In this document: positions 8,894-18,736 of the stretch, in pieces
Layout of the letters: every line of letters starts with the position of its first letter
Position numbering within the stretch: the stretch's first letter is position 1
Assembly (NCBI GenBank): GCA_937996235.1
Contig: CALKVK010000015.1
Coordinates: 29,744-93,743, forward strand
Direction of reading: 5' to 3'
Source: an uncultured bacterium
GTDB taxonomy: Bacteria > Planctomycetota > JAJSAM01 > JAJVHW01
Length of the DNA stretch: 64,000 nucleotides
The notes under the pieces: model-generated
Databases searched by the model: none
Told to the model about the DNA's origin: nothing
The model's input: only the letters and a program-made list of their open reading frames with translations
Position numbers and translations under genes: made by a program

Positions 8894-9805
8894 ATGCCCT
8901 TCGCGAAGCTCCGGGACTCGCTGCGCAAGACGTCGCGCGCGCTCGCCGGGCGCCTCAAGGCGCTCGTGAAGGGGCGCAAGATCGACGCGGCGCTCTGGGA
9001 CGAGATCGAGGAGGTCCTGATCACGAGCGACGTCGGTGTGGCCGCCACCGAGGCGCTGCTCGCGGCGGCGAAGGACGCGGCGCGCCACGGCGAGATCCTC
9101 TCGGGCGACGACGTGATCCCGTGGATGCGGCGGCACATGGCCGAGCGGCTGCGTCCGCGCGAGTCGGGGCTGCGCTGGAACCCCGACGGCACGACGGTCG
9201 TGCTCGTCGCGGGCGTGAACGGCTCCGGCAAGACGACGTCGATCGCGAAGCTGGCGACGTGGGTGCGCGCGCAGCGCCGCACGTGCATGCTCGCGGCCTG
9301 CGACACGTTCCGCGCGGCCGCCGTGGACCAGCTCACCATCTGGAGCGAGCGCATCGGCATCCCGATCGTCCGCCAGAGCCAGGGCGCCGACCCGGCCGCG
9401 GTGGCGTTCGACGCGGCGGAGTCCGCGGCGCAGCGCAAGGTCGACGTGCTGATCGTCGACACGGCGGGCCGCCTGCACACGCAGCGCAACCTCATGGAGG
9501 AGCTCACGAAGATCACGCGCGTGCTCGGACGGCGCATCCCGGGCGCGCCGCACGAGACGCTGCTCGTGCTCGACGGCACGGCCGGCCAGAACGGTCTCGC
9601 GCAGACGCGGCGCTTCCGCGAGCACGCGAACGTCACCGGACTCATCGTCTCGAAGCTCGACGGCACCGCGAAGGGCGGTGTCGTGCTGTCGATCCGCGAC
9701 GAGCTCGACGTGCCCGTGAAGTTCGTCGGCACGGGCGAGACGCCGGAGGACTTCGCGCCGTTCGACGCCGAGGAGTTCGTGGCCGCGCTGTTCGACGCGG
9801 TCTGA
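8894..9805 (+). CDS. ftsY: Signal recognition particle receptor FtsY (short form, NG domain)
   Basis: VLVAGVNGSGKTTSIAKLA ... DTAGR ... GLIVSKLDGTAKGG are SRP-GTPase motifs. Confidence 0.9.
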   Translation: MPFAKLRDSLRKTSRALAGRLKALVKGRKIDAALWDEIEEVLITSDVGVAATEALLAAAKDAARHGEILSGDDVIPWMRRHMAERLRPRESGLRWNPDGTTVVLVAGVNGSGKTTSIAKLATWVRAQRRTCMLAACDTFRAAAVDQLTIWSERIGIPIVRQSQGADPAAVAFDAAESAAQRKVDVLIVDTAGRLHTQRNLMEELTKITRVLGRRIPGAPHETLLVLDGTAGQNGLAQTRRFREHANVTGLIVSKLDGTAKGGVVLSIRDELDVPVKFVGTGETPEDFAPFDAEEFVAALFDAV

Positions 9806-9858
9806 TGCGCGCTCCGCGCGCGGGTCGACACCGTCCGATGCGCGCTCCGCGCGCGGGT
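9804..9858. repeat. Tandem pair of 22-bp palindromic GC hairpins downstream of ftsY (terminator-like)
   Basis: GATGCGCGCTCCGCGCGCGGGT occurs twice, at 9804..9825 and 9837..9858. Each copy contains GCGCGC-TCC-GCGCGC. Confidence 0.4.
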
Positions 9859-9920
9859 TCCGGGCACCGCGCGTCCCCGCGCCGCGCAGGCGCGAGCCGC
9901 GCCGGGCGTCCAACGAGACC

Positions 9921-12308
9921 GTGAGCGACGCGCGGCAGGCGACCGACGACCGCCCCGCCCGACTCGCGGCGTGGCTGCTCGTGCCCGTCGCGTGGGCGTT
10001 CCTGCCGCTCGAGGGGCTGCCGGGCTTCGATGCGCTGAAGCTCGTCGTGCTCCTCGCCGGCGCGGCGCTCATCACGCTGCGGCTCGCCGCGCGACGTGAC
10101 GCGCCGCGCGCCCCGGACGGCGATCCGCTGCTCGCCGTGCCGCTCGCGCTCGCCGCGCTGGCGGCGTGCGTCGCCGTGGCGGCGGGTCCCGTCGGCGCCG
10201 TGGACGGCCCGCTCCTCGCGGTCGGCGCGCTCGCCGCCGCGCGGCTGACCGCGCGCGGTGCGCCGGAGGCGACGTTCCGCGCCCTCGCGCGCGCCGCGTC
10301 CGTCGCGGCCGCGGGTGCGGGGATCTACGCGCTCGTGCAGGCGGCCGGTCTCGATCCGACACCCTGGGGCGCGCGGCGCGAGGTCGTCGCGACGTTCGGG
10401 AACACGTCGTTCGCCGCAGAGTTCCAGGCGGCTGCGCTGCCGCTCGCCCTCGCGCTCGCGCTGACGCGCGGCGCCGGGCGCGGCGACCGCGTGCTCGGCG
10501 CGGCCGCGGTGGCCCTCGCGGGGACGCACCTCGTGCTGGCGCGCTCGCGCATCGACCTCGTCGCGGTCGGCGTCGCGCTCACGGTCCTCGCGCTCGCCGG
10601 GCTCGAGGCGCGTGGGCGACGCCGACTCGCCCGCGGGCTCGCGCTCGGCGCGGGAGTCGCCGCGGTCGCGCTCGCGTGGGCGTTCCGCGCGGCGGCCCTC
10701 GGCGACGGCGCGGCGTTCCTCGGTCGCTCCGACACCGTGCGCGTGCGGCTGCTCGTGTGGCAGGCGTGCCTCGCCATGCTGCGCGGGATCGGCGCGTGGC
10801 TGCCGCAGACGCACCCGTTCACGGATCTGTTCCCCGCGTTCCGGGACCGCGAGGAGTTCGTGCTCTCGCTCGGCCGCGAGGTGGACACGCCGCACAACAC
10901 GTTCCTCGCACTCGCGGTGCCGCTCGGTCTCGTCGGTCTCGCCGTCGCCGTGCTCTGTGCGAGCCGTCTCTGGCGCCGCCTGCGGCGCCCGGACGCCGCG
11001 CAGCCCGCGGCGCGCGGCGCGCTCGCGGCGTGCAGCGCCGCGCTGCTCGTCTCGGGGCTCGCGTCGTCGCCGCTCGAGCACGGCGCGACGGCGCTGCTCG
11101 GCGGGCTGGCGTGGGGCGCGGCGATCGGCATCGAGCCACGCGAGCCGGTCGCGGCCCTGCGTACGCCCGGCGCACGCAGGGCCGCGGACGTCGTCGTCTC
11201 CGCAGCGTTGTTCGCCGCGCTCGTCGGCGCGGTCGCGACGCTGCGCGGCGAGACGTTCCTGGCGCTCGCACGCGGGCACCTCGCGCGCGGCGAGCACGCG
11301 CAGGCGCTGCGCCTGCTCCACGACGCCGCCGACGTCGACGCACGCGCGTTCGCGCCGCGCTTCGAGCTCGGCGTGCTGCTGCTGAACGCGCGCGAGGGCC
11401 GCGCGGCGGCCGACGCGCTGCGCGCCGCCACGGCGCTCCGGCCCGGGAGTCCGACGGCGCACGCCAACCTCGCGCGCGCGCTGCTGCAGGGCGGCGACGA
11501 CGCCGGCGGCCGCGCCGCCCTGGCGCGCGCGCTGGAGCTCTGCCCGTGGCACCCCGACGCCCGGAGCGCGGCGGGACAGCTCGCGCTCGCGGACGGCCGC
11601 GCGCGGGACGCCGTCGCCGACTTCGACGAGGCGCTCGCGTCCGCGCCGAACGACCCTCGCCTCGTCGCGCTCCTCGCCGAGGCGCGGCTGGCGGCGCGCG
11701 AGCGCAACGCCCACGCGGACGCCCTGGCCGCCCTCGACTCCCTCTTCGGCGCCGGCGACGACGCGCAGGTGCGGCGCTCGACCCCCGCGATGCTCCGCCG
11801 CGACCCGGAGTTCGTGTGGGCGCTCCTGCACCACGCCGAAGCGCTCGCCCCGAAGGCGCCCGAGCGCGCGCTGACACTCGTCGTGGCGGCCGGGAGCGTG
11901 CCGGCGCTGCAGTCGGACACCGGCTTCCTCGCGGCGGCGGCGCGCGTGCTGCGGGCGGCGGGCCGCGAGGCGGAGGCGACGACGTTCACCGGCCGGCTGC
12001 TGGGCGTGCGCGCCGCCGCCGCGCTCGCCGTCGGCGACAGCGCCGGCGCGCTGCGCCTCGCGAAGCAGGCTGTCGAGCGCGACCCGGACCCCGAGCACTA
12101 CCTGGTGATGGCGCGCGCCCTCGCGCGCCAGGGCCAGCGCCGGGGCGCGATCGACGCCATCGGCTCGGCCGTCGCCACCGGAGCCGTGGACCCGCACGCC
12201 GTGCGGACCGACCCGGACCTCGGAGCGCTCCTCCCGGACGCGACGCTCGAGACGCTCCTCGAGCGCGCGGCCGCCCGGCAGGCCGGCGCCGCGGAGGCGC
12301 CCAGGTGA
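9921..12308 (+). CDS. O-antigen ligase (WaaL/Wzy_C)-like polytopic membrane protein with C-terminal TPR repeats
   Basis: GTG start. There are ~10 predicted TM segments, including an EVDTPHNTFLALAV-type motif typical of O-antigen ligase family loops. The C-terminal ~350 aa are TPR-like (ALRPGSPTAHANLARALLQGGD...). Confidence 0.6.
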   Translation: MSDARQATDDRPARLAAWLLVPVAWAFLPLEGLPGFDALKLVVLLAGAALITLRLAARRDAPRAPDGDPLLAVPLALAALAACVAVAAGPVGAVDGPLLAVGALAAARLTARGAPEATFRALARAASVAAAGAGIYALVQAAGLDPTPWGARREVVATFGNTSFAAEFQAAALPLALALALTRGAGRGDRVLGAAAVALAGTHLVLARSRIDLVAVGVALTVLALAGLEARGRRRLARGLALGAGVAAVALAWAFRAAALGDGAAFLGRSDTVRVRLLVWQACLAMLRGIGAWLPQTHPFTDLFPAFRDREEFVLSLGREVDTPHNTFLALAVPLGLVGLAVAVLCASRLWRRLRRPDAAQPAARGALAACSAALLVSGLASSPLEHGATALLGGLAWGAAIGIEPREPVAALRTPGARRAADVVVSAALFAALVGAVATLRGETFLALARGHLARGEHAQALRLLHDAADVDARAFAPRFELGVLLLNAREGRAAADALRAATALRPGSPTAHANLARALLQGGDDAGGRAALARALELCPWHPDARSAAGQLALADGRARDAVADFDEALASAPNDPRLVALLAEARLAARERNAHADALAALDSLFGAGDDAQVRRSTPAMLRRDPEFVWALLHHAEALAPKAPERALTLVVAAGSVPALQSDTGFLAAAARVLRAAGREAEATTFTGRLLGVRAAAALAVGDSAGALRLAKQAVERDPDPEHYLVMARALARQGQRRGAIDAIGSAVATGAVDPHAVRTDPDLGALLPDATLETLLERAAARQAGAAEAPR

Positions 12309-12402
12309 GACGCCCTTTCTCGGCTGCCTCACACGTCCGAAGGTACTCTGGACCGTTCCCGAGACCGCCCGCCCCGCGCAGAGGGGCGCACGGAGATCCC
12401 CG

Positions 12403-14106
12403 ATGAAATCCTCCAACCTGTTGCTCGTCGCGTGGTGCGCGCTCGTCGCCGTGGTGGCGTTCTTCCTCGTGCGCGCGATCCTCCCGGGCGACACGCCGCC
12501 GAACCCGGACGAGGCCGTCGTCGGTCCGCTGAGCCCGGGTCCGGAGACGGGCTCGAAGACCCCTGGACCGCGTCATCCGGACGGCGGACCCGCCGGCCCC
12601 CGCGACACGCCGCAGCGCCGCAAGAACCCCGTCGTCCTCGGCCGCGTCGTCGACGGCGACGGCAACGCCGTGCCCGACGCGACCGTGCGCATCGCGCTGC
12701 CCGTGGAGAGCGTCCCGGCGGCGGAGACCTCGTCGCCCGAGGACATCGCGTTCCTCTACTCGCTGCTCATCGTCATGGACGAGGACATCGAGCGCCCGCG
12801 GCCGTTCGCCGCGTTCGGCAAGAGCCTCTCGGGCGCCGCGGGGGCGCGCGCCGGCGCGGCGGAGCTCGCGCACGTGACCACGGGCGCCGACGGCCGGTTC
12901 GAGTGCCCGGTGCCCGGCGGCGGCGGACGCGGCCCGTTCCGCGTGACCGTCGAGTCCGCGCTCGGCAAGGCGTCGGCGCAGGGCGTGCAGCCGGACGACG
13001 AGATCGAGCTGACGGTCGGCCCGGTGGCCGCCGTCACCGGCACGGTCACGAGCGGCGGCAGCAACGTCGGGGTGGCGGGCGCGATCATCGTGCTCGACGA
13101 CGGCGAGGGCCGGCACACGGCCACCTCCGCCGCCGACGGCAGCTTCCGCATCGAGGGCGTGGGCCCCGGCAGCTACCTCGCGAACGTGGCCGCGACGGGT
13201 CAGCCGCCGCTCATGGACGCCACCGTGAAGGTGCTCCCGGGCCGGCCGCTCGAGCTGCGCCTGCCGCGCGGCACCACGCTGCACGTCGTCGCGGTCCTGA
13301 CCGCGCTCGACCCGGAGGACGTCCAGGGCGACCGGCCGCTGGCGGACGCGCAGATCGCCGTGCTCCACCAGGACACGCTGCAGTACGTCCTCGGGAAGAC
13401 CGACGCGAACGGCGTCGTCGACTTCGACGGACTGCCGCCCGGCACGTACTCCGTGAGCGGCCGCGGTGCGCGCGCGATCCCGTTCGGCGAGGAGATCGTG
13501 AACGTCACCGGCGAGCAGCTCCGGCAGGAGGTCGAGCTGTCGTTCGACCCCGCCGTGGACACGGAGGTGACGGTCGTCGACGAGGGCGGCGCGCCGCTCG
13601 CGGGGATGACGTTCTACACCGCCAACGTGGACGAGATGTACGACGCCGTCCGCTCGGTGCGCGTGCCGGGCCAGACCGACGCCCAGGGACGGTTCACGTT
13701 CCCGTTCGAGTTCGAGGGACCGCGCGCGCTGCTCTTCGGGTTCAAGAAGGGCTTCGCGATGGTGCGCGTCTACCCCGAGAGCCACGACGAGGGCGCACCC
13801 ATGCGCGTCGTCGCGCACCCGGCCGTGCGCGTCCACGGCCTCGTGAGGACCCCCGAGGGCACGCCGGTGCCGGACGCGCTCGTGCTGCTCGACGTCGAGC
13901 CCGACGACGTCGACGGGTTCGACGACGACCTGAGCGTGCAGATCCGCTCGGGCCCGGACGGCCGCTACGACTTCCCCTACCTGCCGCGCGGCGCCGTCTA
14001 TCTCTCGGCGGAGCTCGGCGAAGAGGCGTGGAGCGACGACATCGAGATCGAGATGGTCGACGGGAAGTCCGAGTACGAGCAGGACATCGAGCTGGAGGTC
14101 GAGTAG
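12403..14106 (+). CDS. Secreted/anchored protein with repeated carboxypeptidase-regulatory-like (CarbopepD_reg/Ig-like) domains
   Basis: N-terminal TM/signal (LLLVAWCALVAVVAFFLV). There are repeated segments of the form TGADGRFE / SAADGSFRIEGVGPGSY / KTDANGVVDFDGLPPGTYSV / TDAQGRFTF. Confidence 0.6.
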   Translation: MKSSNLLLVAWCALVAVVAFFLVRAILPGDTPPNPDEAVVGPLSPGPETGSKTPGPRHPDGGPAGPRDTPQRRKNPVVLGRVVDGDGNAVPDATVRIALPVESVPAAETSSPEDIAFLYSLLIVMDEDIERPRPFAAFGKSLSGAAGARAGAAELAHVTTGADGRFECPVPGGGGRGPFRVTVESALGKASAQGVQPDDEIELTVGPVAAVTGTVTSGGSNVGVAGAIIVLDDGEGRHTATSAADGSFRIEGVGPGSYLANVAATGQPPLMDATVKVLPGRPLELRLPRGTTLHVVAVLTALDPEDVQGDRPLADAQIAVLHQDTLQYVLGKTDANGVVDFDGLPPGTYSVSGRGARAIPFGEEIVNVTGEQLRQEVELSFDPAVDTEVTVVDEGGAPLAGMTFYTANVDEMYDAVRSVRVPGQTDAQGRFTFPFEFEGPRALLFGFKKGFAMVRVYPESHDEGAPMRVVAHPAVRVHGLVRTPEGTPVPDALVLLDVEPDDVDGFDDDLSVQIRSGPDGRYDFPYLPRGAVYLSAELGEEAWSDDIEIEMVDGKSEYEQDIELEVE

Positions 14107-14124
14107 CCCGCGCGGCGCGCCGCG

Positions 14125-15024
14125 ATGTCCTGGTGCGATCTCCATCTGCACTCCACGGCCTCGGACGGGACGGAGCGGCCCGCCGAGGTCGTGCGCCTCG
14201 CGCGGCGCGCGCGCCTCGCCGCGATGGCGCTCACGGACCACGACACGTTCGACGGCCTCGACGAGGCGCTCGACGCCGGGCGCAAGCAGGGCGTGGAGGT
14301 GGTCGCGGGCGTCGAGCTGAGCCTCCCCCACGACCGCGGCAGCTTCCACCTGATCGCGCTCGACGTGGACCCGTCGCACGCCGCGATCCGCGACGTCGCC
14401 GCGCGCCTGAAGGACGCGCGCGGCCCGCGCAACGCCGGCGTGATCGCGCGGCTCCGGGCCCTCGGCGTGGACATCACGCTCGACGAGGTCGTCGCCGAGG
14501 CGGGCGGCCCCGACCAGGTCGTCGCGCGGCCGCACATCGCACGCGTGCTGGTGCGCAAGGGTGCCGTGCGCGACGTGCAGGAGGCGTTCGACCGCTTCCT
14601 CGGGCGCGGCGCGCCCGCCTACGTCGAGCGCGAGCGCGTCGCGCTCGAGGAGTGCGTCGCCGCGACGCGCGCGGCCGGCGGTGCCACGGTCGTGTGCCAC
14701 CCGTTCACGCTCGGCTTCGCCGTGCCCGGCCTGCCCGAGGCCGAGCAGCGCTTCCACGCGTTCCTCGCAGACGCCGCCGCACGCGGCGTGGACGCGGTCG
14801 AGGCGCGCTACGGCAGCTACACGCGCCGCCAGGAGCGCTTCTTCGAGGCGGCGACCGAGGCGGCGGGGCTGCTCCCGTCGGGCGGCTCGGACTTCCACGG
14901 CTCCATGAAGCCGGGGCTGCGCGTCGGCTCGGGCCGCGGGCGCATGCGCGTCCCCCTCGCGTGGCTCGACGCGCTCAGGGAGCGCGCGGCGTCGCGGCGC
15001 GACGTGCGTCGCGCAGCTCGCTGA
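14125..15024 (+). CDS. PHP-domain metal-dependent phosphoesterase (TrpH/YciV-like)
   Basis: CDLHLHSTASDG...MALTDHDTFDG...GVEL... is the PHP fold His/Asp signature. Confidence 0.75.
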   Translation: MSWCDLHLHSTASDGTERPAEVVRLARRARLAAMALTDHDTFDGLDEALDAGRKQGVEVVAGVELSLPHDRGSFHLIALDVDPSHAAIRDVAARLKDARGPRNAGVIARLRALGVDITLDEVVAEAGGPDQVVARPHIARVLVRKGAVRDVQEAFDRFLGRGAPAYVERERVALEECVAATRAAGGATVVCHPFTLGFAVPGLPEAEQRFHAFLADAAARGVDAVEARYGSYTRRQERFFEAATEAAGLLPSGGSDFHGSMKPGLRVGSGRGRMRVPLAWLDALRERAASRRDVRRAAR

Positions 15025-16222
15025 GCCAGCGCTCGGTGCGGACGACGCACAGCTCGAGCGGGTAGAGCCGCTCGACGCGCTCGCGCGCCGCGGCCCCGAT
15101 GCGCCGCGCCGCGCCGCGGTCGCGCAGCACGTCTGCGAGCGCCCGCGCGAGCGCCGGGACGTCGCGGCGCGGGACGAGCCGTCCGGTGCGGCCGTCCTCG
15201 ACCTGCTCGTCGATCGAGCCGACGCGTGTCGCGACCACGGGCCGCGCGGCCGCCATCGCCTCGAGCACGACCATCGGCAGGCCCTCGTCGTCGCTGCTCA
15301 GGACGAGCGTGTCGGCGGCCGTGAGCAGCGCCGCCACGTCGCGCCGGAAGCCGATGAGGTGCGCGCTGCGCTCGAGGCCGAGAGCTGCGCGCTGCGTCTC
15401 GAGCGCCGACTGCAGCTTGCCCGTGCCCGCGATCACGAGGTGCGCCTCGGGCAGCTCGTCGCGGACGGCGCGGAACGCCTCGAGCAGCAGGTCGAAGCGC
15501 TTCTGGTCGTTCAGGCGGCCGATCGCGACCGCGACCGGCGCGTCGGCCGGCAGGCCGAGCTCCGCCCGCAGGGCCGCGGCGCGCTCGGCGTCGACGCGGT
15601 AGCGCTCGGGGCGCACGCCGTACGGGATGGCGCGGACGCTCTCCGGGTCGAGACCGCCGGCGGCGACGATCTCGTCGCGCATGCGCTGCGAGAGCGTGAC
15701 GACGCCGTCGAGGAACAGCTCGTACGTCAGCCGGTAGCGCAGCCCGGGGCGCGTCTCGACGAGCCCCATGAACGCGACGACGGGCGGCGCGCCCGCGAGC
15801 TTCGCCGCGAAGCCCGCCGCGCGGATGCCGCGGTGCAGCTTCGTCGCGACCACGTCCACGCCCTGGTCGAGCATGAAGCGCGAGAGCTTGCGCGCCTGGC
15901 CGAGGTGGAAGTCGGCGCGGAGCGGCACGGCGAGCGACGGGACGTCGTTGTCCGCGCAGCGGGCCAGCCACGCGCTGCCCGGACGCCCCGCCGCGCTGAC
16001 GGCGTGCCCCCGGCCCCGCAGGCCGAGCGCCACGTCCATCAGCCAGCGCTCCACGCCGCCCCAGCCGTCGCCGCCCATCGGGTTGACCATCAGCAGCGAC
16101 AGCGGCCGCGGCGGCGCGGACGCGTCGGGCGCGTCCACCTCGAACGTCAAAGCTCCTCCTCGCCCTTCGAGAGCAGCGGTCCCGTGCGCGGCTGCGCCCC
16201 GCGCACGCCGCGTCAGCGTCAC
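14975..16222 (-). CDS. Glycosyltransferase family 4 (GT-B); the true start is probably ~45 codons downstream of the track start
   Basis: LLMVNPMGGDGWGGVERW (GT4 N-domain glycine motif) ... EGLPMVVLEAMAAARPVVATRVGSIDE (GT1/GT4 C-domain E-x7-E region). Confidence 0.7.
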   Translation of the reverse strand: MTLTRRARGAAAHGTAALEGRGGALTFEVDAPDASAPPRPLSLLMVNPMGGDGWGGVERWLMDVALGLRGRGHAVSAAGRPGSAWLARCADNDVPSLAVPLRADFHLGQARKLSRFMLDQGVDVVATKLHRGIRAAGFAAKLAGAPPVVAFMGLVETRPGLRYRLTYELFLDGVVTLSQRMRDEIVAAGGLDPESVRAIPYGVRPERYRVDAERAAALRAELGLPADAPVAVAIGRLNDQKRFDLLLEAFRAVRDELPEAHLVIAGTGKLQSALETQRAALGLERSAHLIGFRRDVAALLTAADTLVLSSDDEGLPMVVLEAMAAARPVVATRVGSIDEQVEDGRTGRLVPRRDVPALARALADVLRDRGAARRIGAAARERVERLYPLELCVVRTERWLSELRDARRAATPRAP

Positions 16223-16256
16223 CCGCGGAGCGTGGCGCGCCTACGTGAAAACCGGA

Positions 16257-16871
16257 TCAACTCCCCGTGCAGGGGCGCACGAGTCCGAGCTCCTCGAGCC
16301 GCCGCAGCACGAGCGCTGTGCTCTCCTCGAGGGTCTGGTGCGCCGTCTCGCACACGATCTCGGGCGCGAGCGGCTCCTCGTACGGGTCGTCGATGCCGGT
16401 GAAGCCGCGGATCTCGCCCGCGCGCGCCTTCGCGTAGAGGCCCTTCACGTCGCGCGACTCCGCGACCTCGAGCGGCACCTTCACGTGCACCTCGACGAAG
16501 CGGGGCGACTGCGCGCGCAGCTCCTCGCGGATCGCACGGTACGGGCTGATGACCGCGCACACGGCCGCGCAGCCGTGCTTCGCCAGCGTGTTCGCGACCC
16601 AGCCGATGCGCCGCACGTTGGTGTCGCGGTCCTCCTTCGAGAACCCGAGCCCCTTCGTCAGGTGCGTGCGGATGACGTCGCCGTCGAGCAGCTCGTGCTC
16701 GACGCCGCGGCGCACGAACTCGGCCACGACGGCGTTCGCGAGCGTGCTCTTGCCCGCTCCCGACAGCCCGGTGAACCACAGCACGAAGCCCGGATCCCGC
16801 ACGCGACGCACCTCCCGCGAACTCGGCCCGAACCTACCCCGGCGCGCCGCCGCGGGAAGACGATTCGGCAT
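16257..16871 (-). CDS. cysC: Adenylyl-sulfate (APS) kinase
   Basis: [17 protein letters not shown]-loop ... ISPYRAIRE...[25 protein letters not shown] are canonical CysC. The ATG at track codon 18 gives the usual ~30-aa N-term before the P-loop. Confidence 0.8.
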   Translation of the reverse strand: MPNRLPAAARRGRFGPSSREVRRVRDPGFVLWFTGLSGAGKSTLANAVVAEFVRRGVEHELLDGDVIRTHLTKGLGFSKEDRDTNVRRIGWVANTLAKHGCAAVCAVISPYRAIREELRAQSPRFVEVHVKVPLEVAESRDVKGLYAKARAGEIRGFTGIDDPYEEPLAPEIVCETAHQTLEESTALVLRRLEELGLVRPCTGS

Positions 16872-17649
16872 CGGGCTCGAAGAACCAGCGCGGACCGAGG
16901 CGCCGCCGCAGCCAGACGGCCGCACGGTGCGGCCGCGTGGGCGCGAGCCCCGCGCGCACGTACATCTCCGCGACGTCCACGCGCCGCCACGGGTGCTCCT
17001 CGCCCGACGCGATCACGCTCTTGTGGCCGTGGTGGACGAGGAACGGCGGCTCGTTCGCGCAGCGCCGGTAGATCCAGCCGCGCGCGAACGCGCGCGCGCA
17101 CCAGTCGTACGGCGCGCCGTTCCACGGATAGCGCTCGGCGTCGAGCAGTCCGACGGCGTCGAACGCCTCGCGCCGCATGAAGAAGACGGAGCCGTCCACG
17201 CAGCCGTAGACGGGGCCGATGCGCTTCCAGTTGAGCGCCGTGCCCGTGACGGCGACGCGCGGGTCGCGCTCGAGCACGGCCGCGAGCCGCCGCACCCAGT
17301 CGTCGGCGAGGACCTCGCAGTCCGGATTGAGCAGCAGCACGTAGCGCGAGCGCGGATCGACGAGCCGCAGCCCCTGGTTGCAGGCCGGCGCCCACAGCAC
17401 GTTCTCCTCGTTCTGGACGAGGCGCAGCCGCCCCGCGCGCTCCTCGGCGACGTTCAGCGCGCGCGTCTCGGCGCCGGACGCGTTGTCCACGACGATCAGC
17501 TCGTACGGCTCCGCGGTGCGCGCGGCGAGCGACGCGTAGAGCCGCGCCGCCCACTCGGGCGCGTTCCACGTCACCGTCACGACGGAGAGCACGGGTGCGT
17601 CTCCGCCAGGGGTCACCGCCGGCATCCGGCGGAGGGTAGCCCGGACCAT
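16834..17649 (-). CDS. Glycosyltransferase family 2
   Basis: [22 protein letters not shown]...[14 protein letters not shown]...LNPDCEV is a GT-A fold DxD region. The upstream 160 codons of the track ORF were rejected, as they overlap the divergent + gene. The alternative start is 17625. Confidence 0.7.
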   Translation of the reverse strand: MVRATLRRMPAVTPGGDAPVLSVVTVTWNAPEWAARLYASLAARTAEPYELIVVDNASGAETRALNVAEERAGRLRLVQNEENVLWAPACNQGLRLVDPRSRYVLLLNPDCEVLADDWVRRLAAVLERDPRVAVTGTALNWKRIGPVYGCVDGSVFFMRREAFDAVGLLDAERYPWNGAPYDWCARAFARGWIYRRCANEPPFLVHHGHKSVIASGEEHPWRRVDVAEMYVRAGLAPTRPHRAAVWLRRRLGPRWFFEPDAESSSRGGAPG

Positions 17650-17758
17650 TCGCCAGCCTCGCGCAGTTCGCAGCGACCGCCGGCGCGCGCGACGGCCGAC
17701 GGCACGGGAACTGCTACACTCCGGCGCCGCGCGCCCCGGCGCGCCGTCCCGTGGAGGA

Positions 17759-18727
17759 GTGAGTCCGATGCGCACGTGTTCCCCGATCGTCCTCGCAGCC
17801 CTGGTCGCCGCCGTCGGCGCGTCGCACGTCGCGCGTGCGGACGGCGAGGGCGCGCAGCGCCCTGCCGCGCCCGCACCCGCCGACGCGGCCGAGACGCCGC
17901 GCAAGGTGGACGCCGACGCGCTCGCGCAGCTCGAGCGCTGGGACGGCGCGATGCACGTCCCCACGCGCGACGTGAAGAAGGAGCTCACCGCGAAGGCCGA
18001 GGGCAAGATCCCGGACGTCCTCGGGAAGGGGCAGCTCGAGGCCACGCTGTCGTGGACGCCGGAGGGCGGGATCGACCTCGACGTCACGCTGCCGCGCGAG
18101 TTCGCGGAGCGCCAGCCGCCGCAGGCGGTGACCATGCTGCGCGAGATGCTGCGCGCGCGCGCGAAGGAGTCGCTGCGGCCCGCGCTCGAGAAGCCGTCGG
18201 CGATGGCGACGGACTACGACGTCGCGCTGACGAAGAAGAAGGCGAAGGACGCGGAGATCCGCGGCGTGGAGCTGCTCGCGCACGCGAAGGCCGCGCGCTT
18301 CGAGCGGCGGCGCATGTGGTTCGACGCGGACGGCCGCTGCGAGTCCGAGACGATGGTCCTGCGCATCGACCCGGCGACGCAGGACATCATCGAGCAGTCG
18401 CTGATCGGCGCCGAGGTCGAGACGACGTACGGCTACGAGAAGCACGGCGAGCGCAGCGTGCTGACCCGCATGAACACGCTCATGCCGATCGGCGAGATGA
18501 CCGTGAAGTACGACTACTTCGACGTCCCCGGCGGCACGCCGCTCCTGCGCGCCATCACGCTCGAGCTCCCGGGCATGCTGCAGCACCCGATCGAGGTCAC
18601 GTTCCACGACTACGTGGTGGACGGCACGGCCGTCGAGGCGACGAAGCCGGCCGACGCGCCCGCGGTGACGCCGAAGGACGCGCCCGGCGCGGGCGACGAG
18701 GGCGGGAAGGGCGACGAGTCGAAGTAG
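17759..18727 (+). CDS. Hypothetical secreted protein
   Basis: Signal peptide MRTCSPIVLAALVAAVGASHVARA. The composition is K/E-rich and normal, and no family was recognised. Confidence 0.5.
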   Translation: MSPMRTCSPIVLAALVAAVGASHVARADGEGAQRPAAPAPADAAETPRKVDADALAQLERWDGAMHVPTRDVKKELTAKAEGKIPDVLGKGQLEATLSWTPEGGIDLDVTLPREFAERQPPQAVTMLREMLRARAKESLRPALEKPSAMATDYDVALTKKKAKDAEIRGVELLAHAKAARFERRRMWFDADGRCESETMVLRIDPATQDIIEQSLIGAEVETTYGYEKHGERSVLTRMNTLMPIGEMTVKYDYFDVPGGTPLLRAITLELPGMLQHPIEVTFHDYVVDGTAVEATKPADAPAVTPKDAPGAGDEGGKGDESK

Positions 18728-18736
18728 CGCCCGTCG

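Noticed and set aside
8569-12494. Minus-strand ORFs 8569..9867, 8873..10075 and 9642..12494, and plus-strand 10166..12406
   Set aside because: They are antisense or alternate-frame to ftsY and the WaaL-TPR gene. They have extreme R/S/A composition and no motifs.
11986-15065. 970-aa minus ORF and 877-aa plus ORF overlapping the carboxypeptidase-regulatory and PHP genes
   Set aside because: They are low-complexity RG-rich translations, and the real genes are supported by signal peptide and PHP motifs in other frames.
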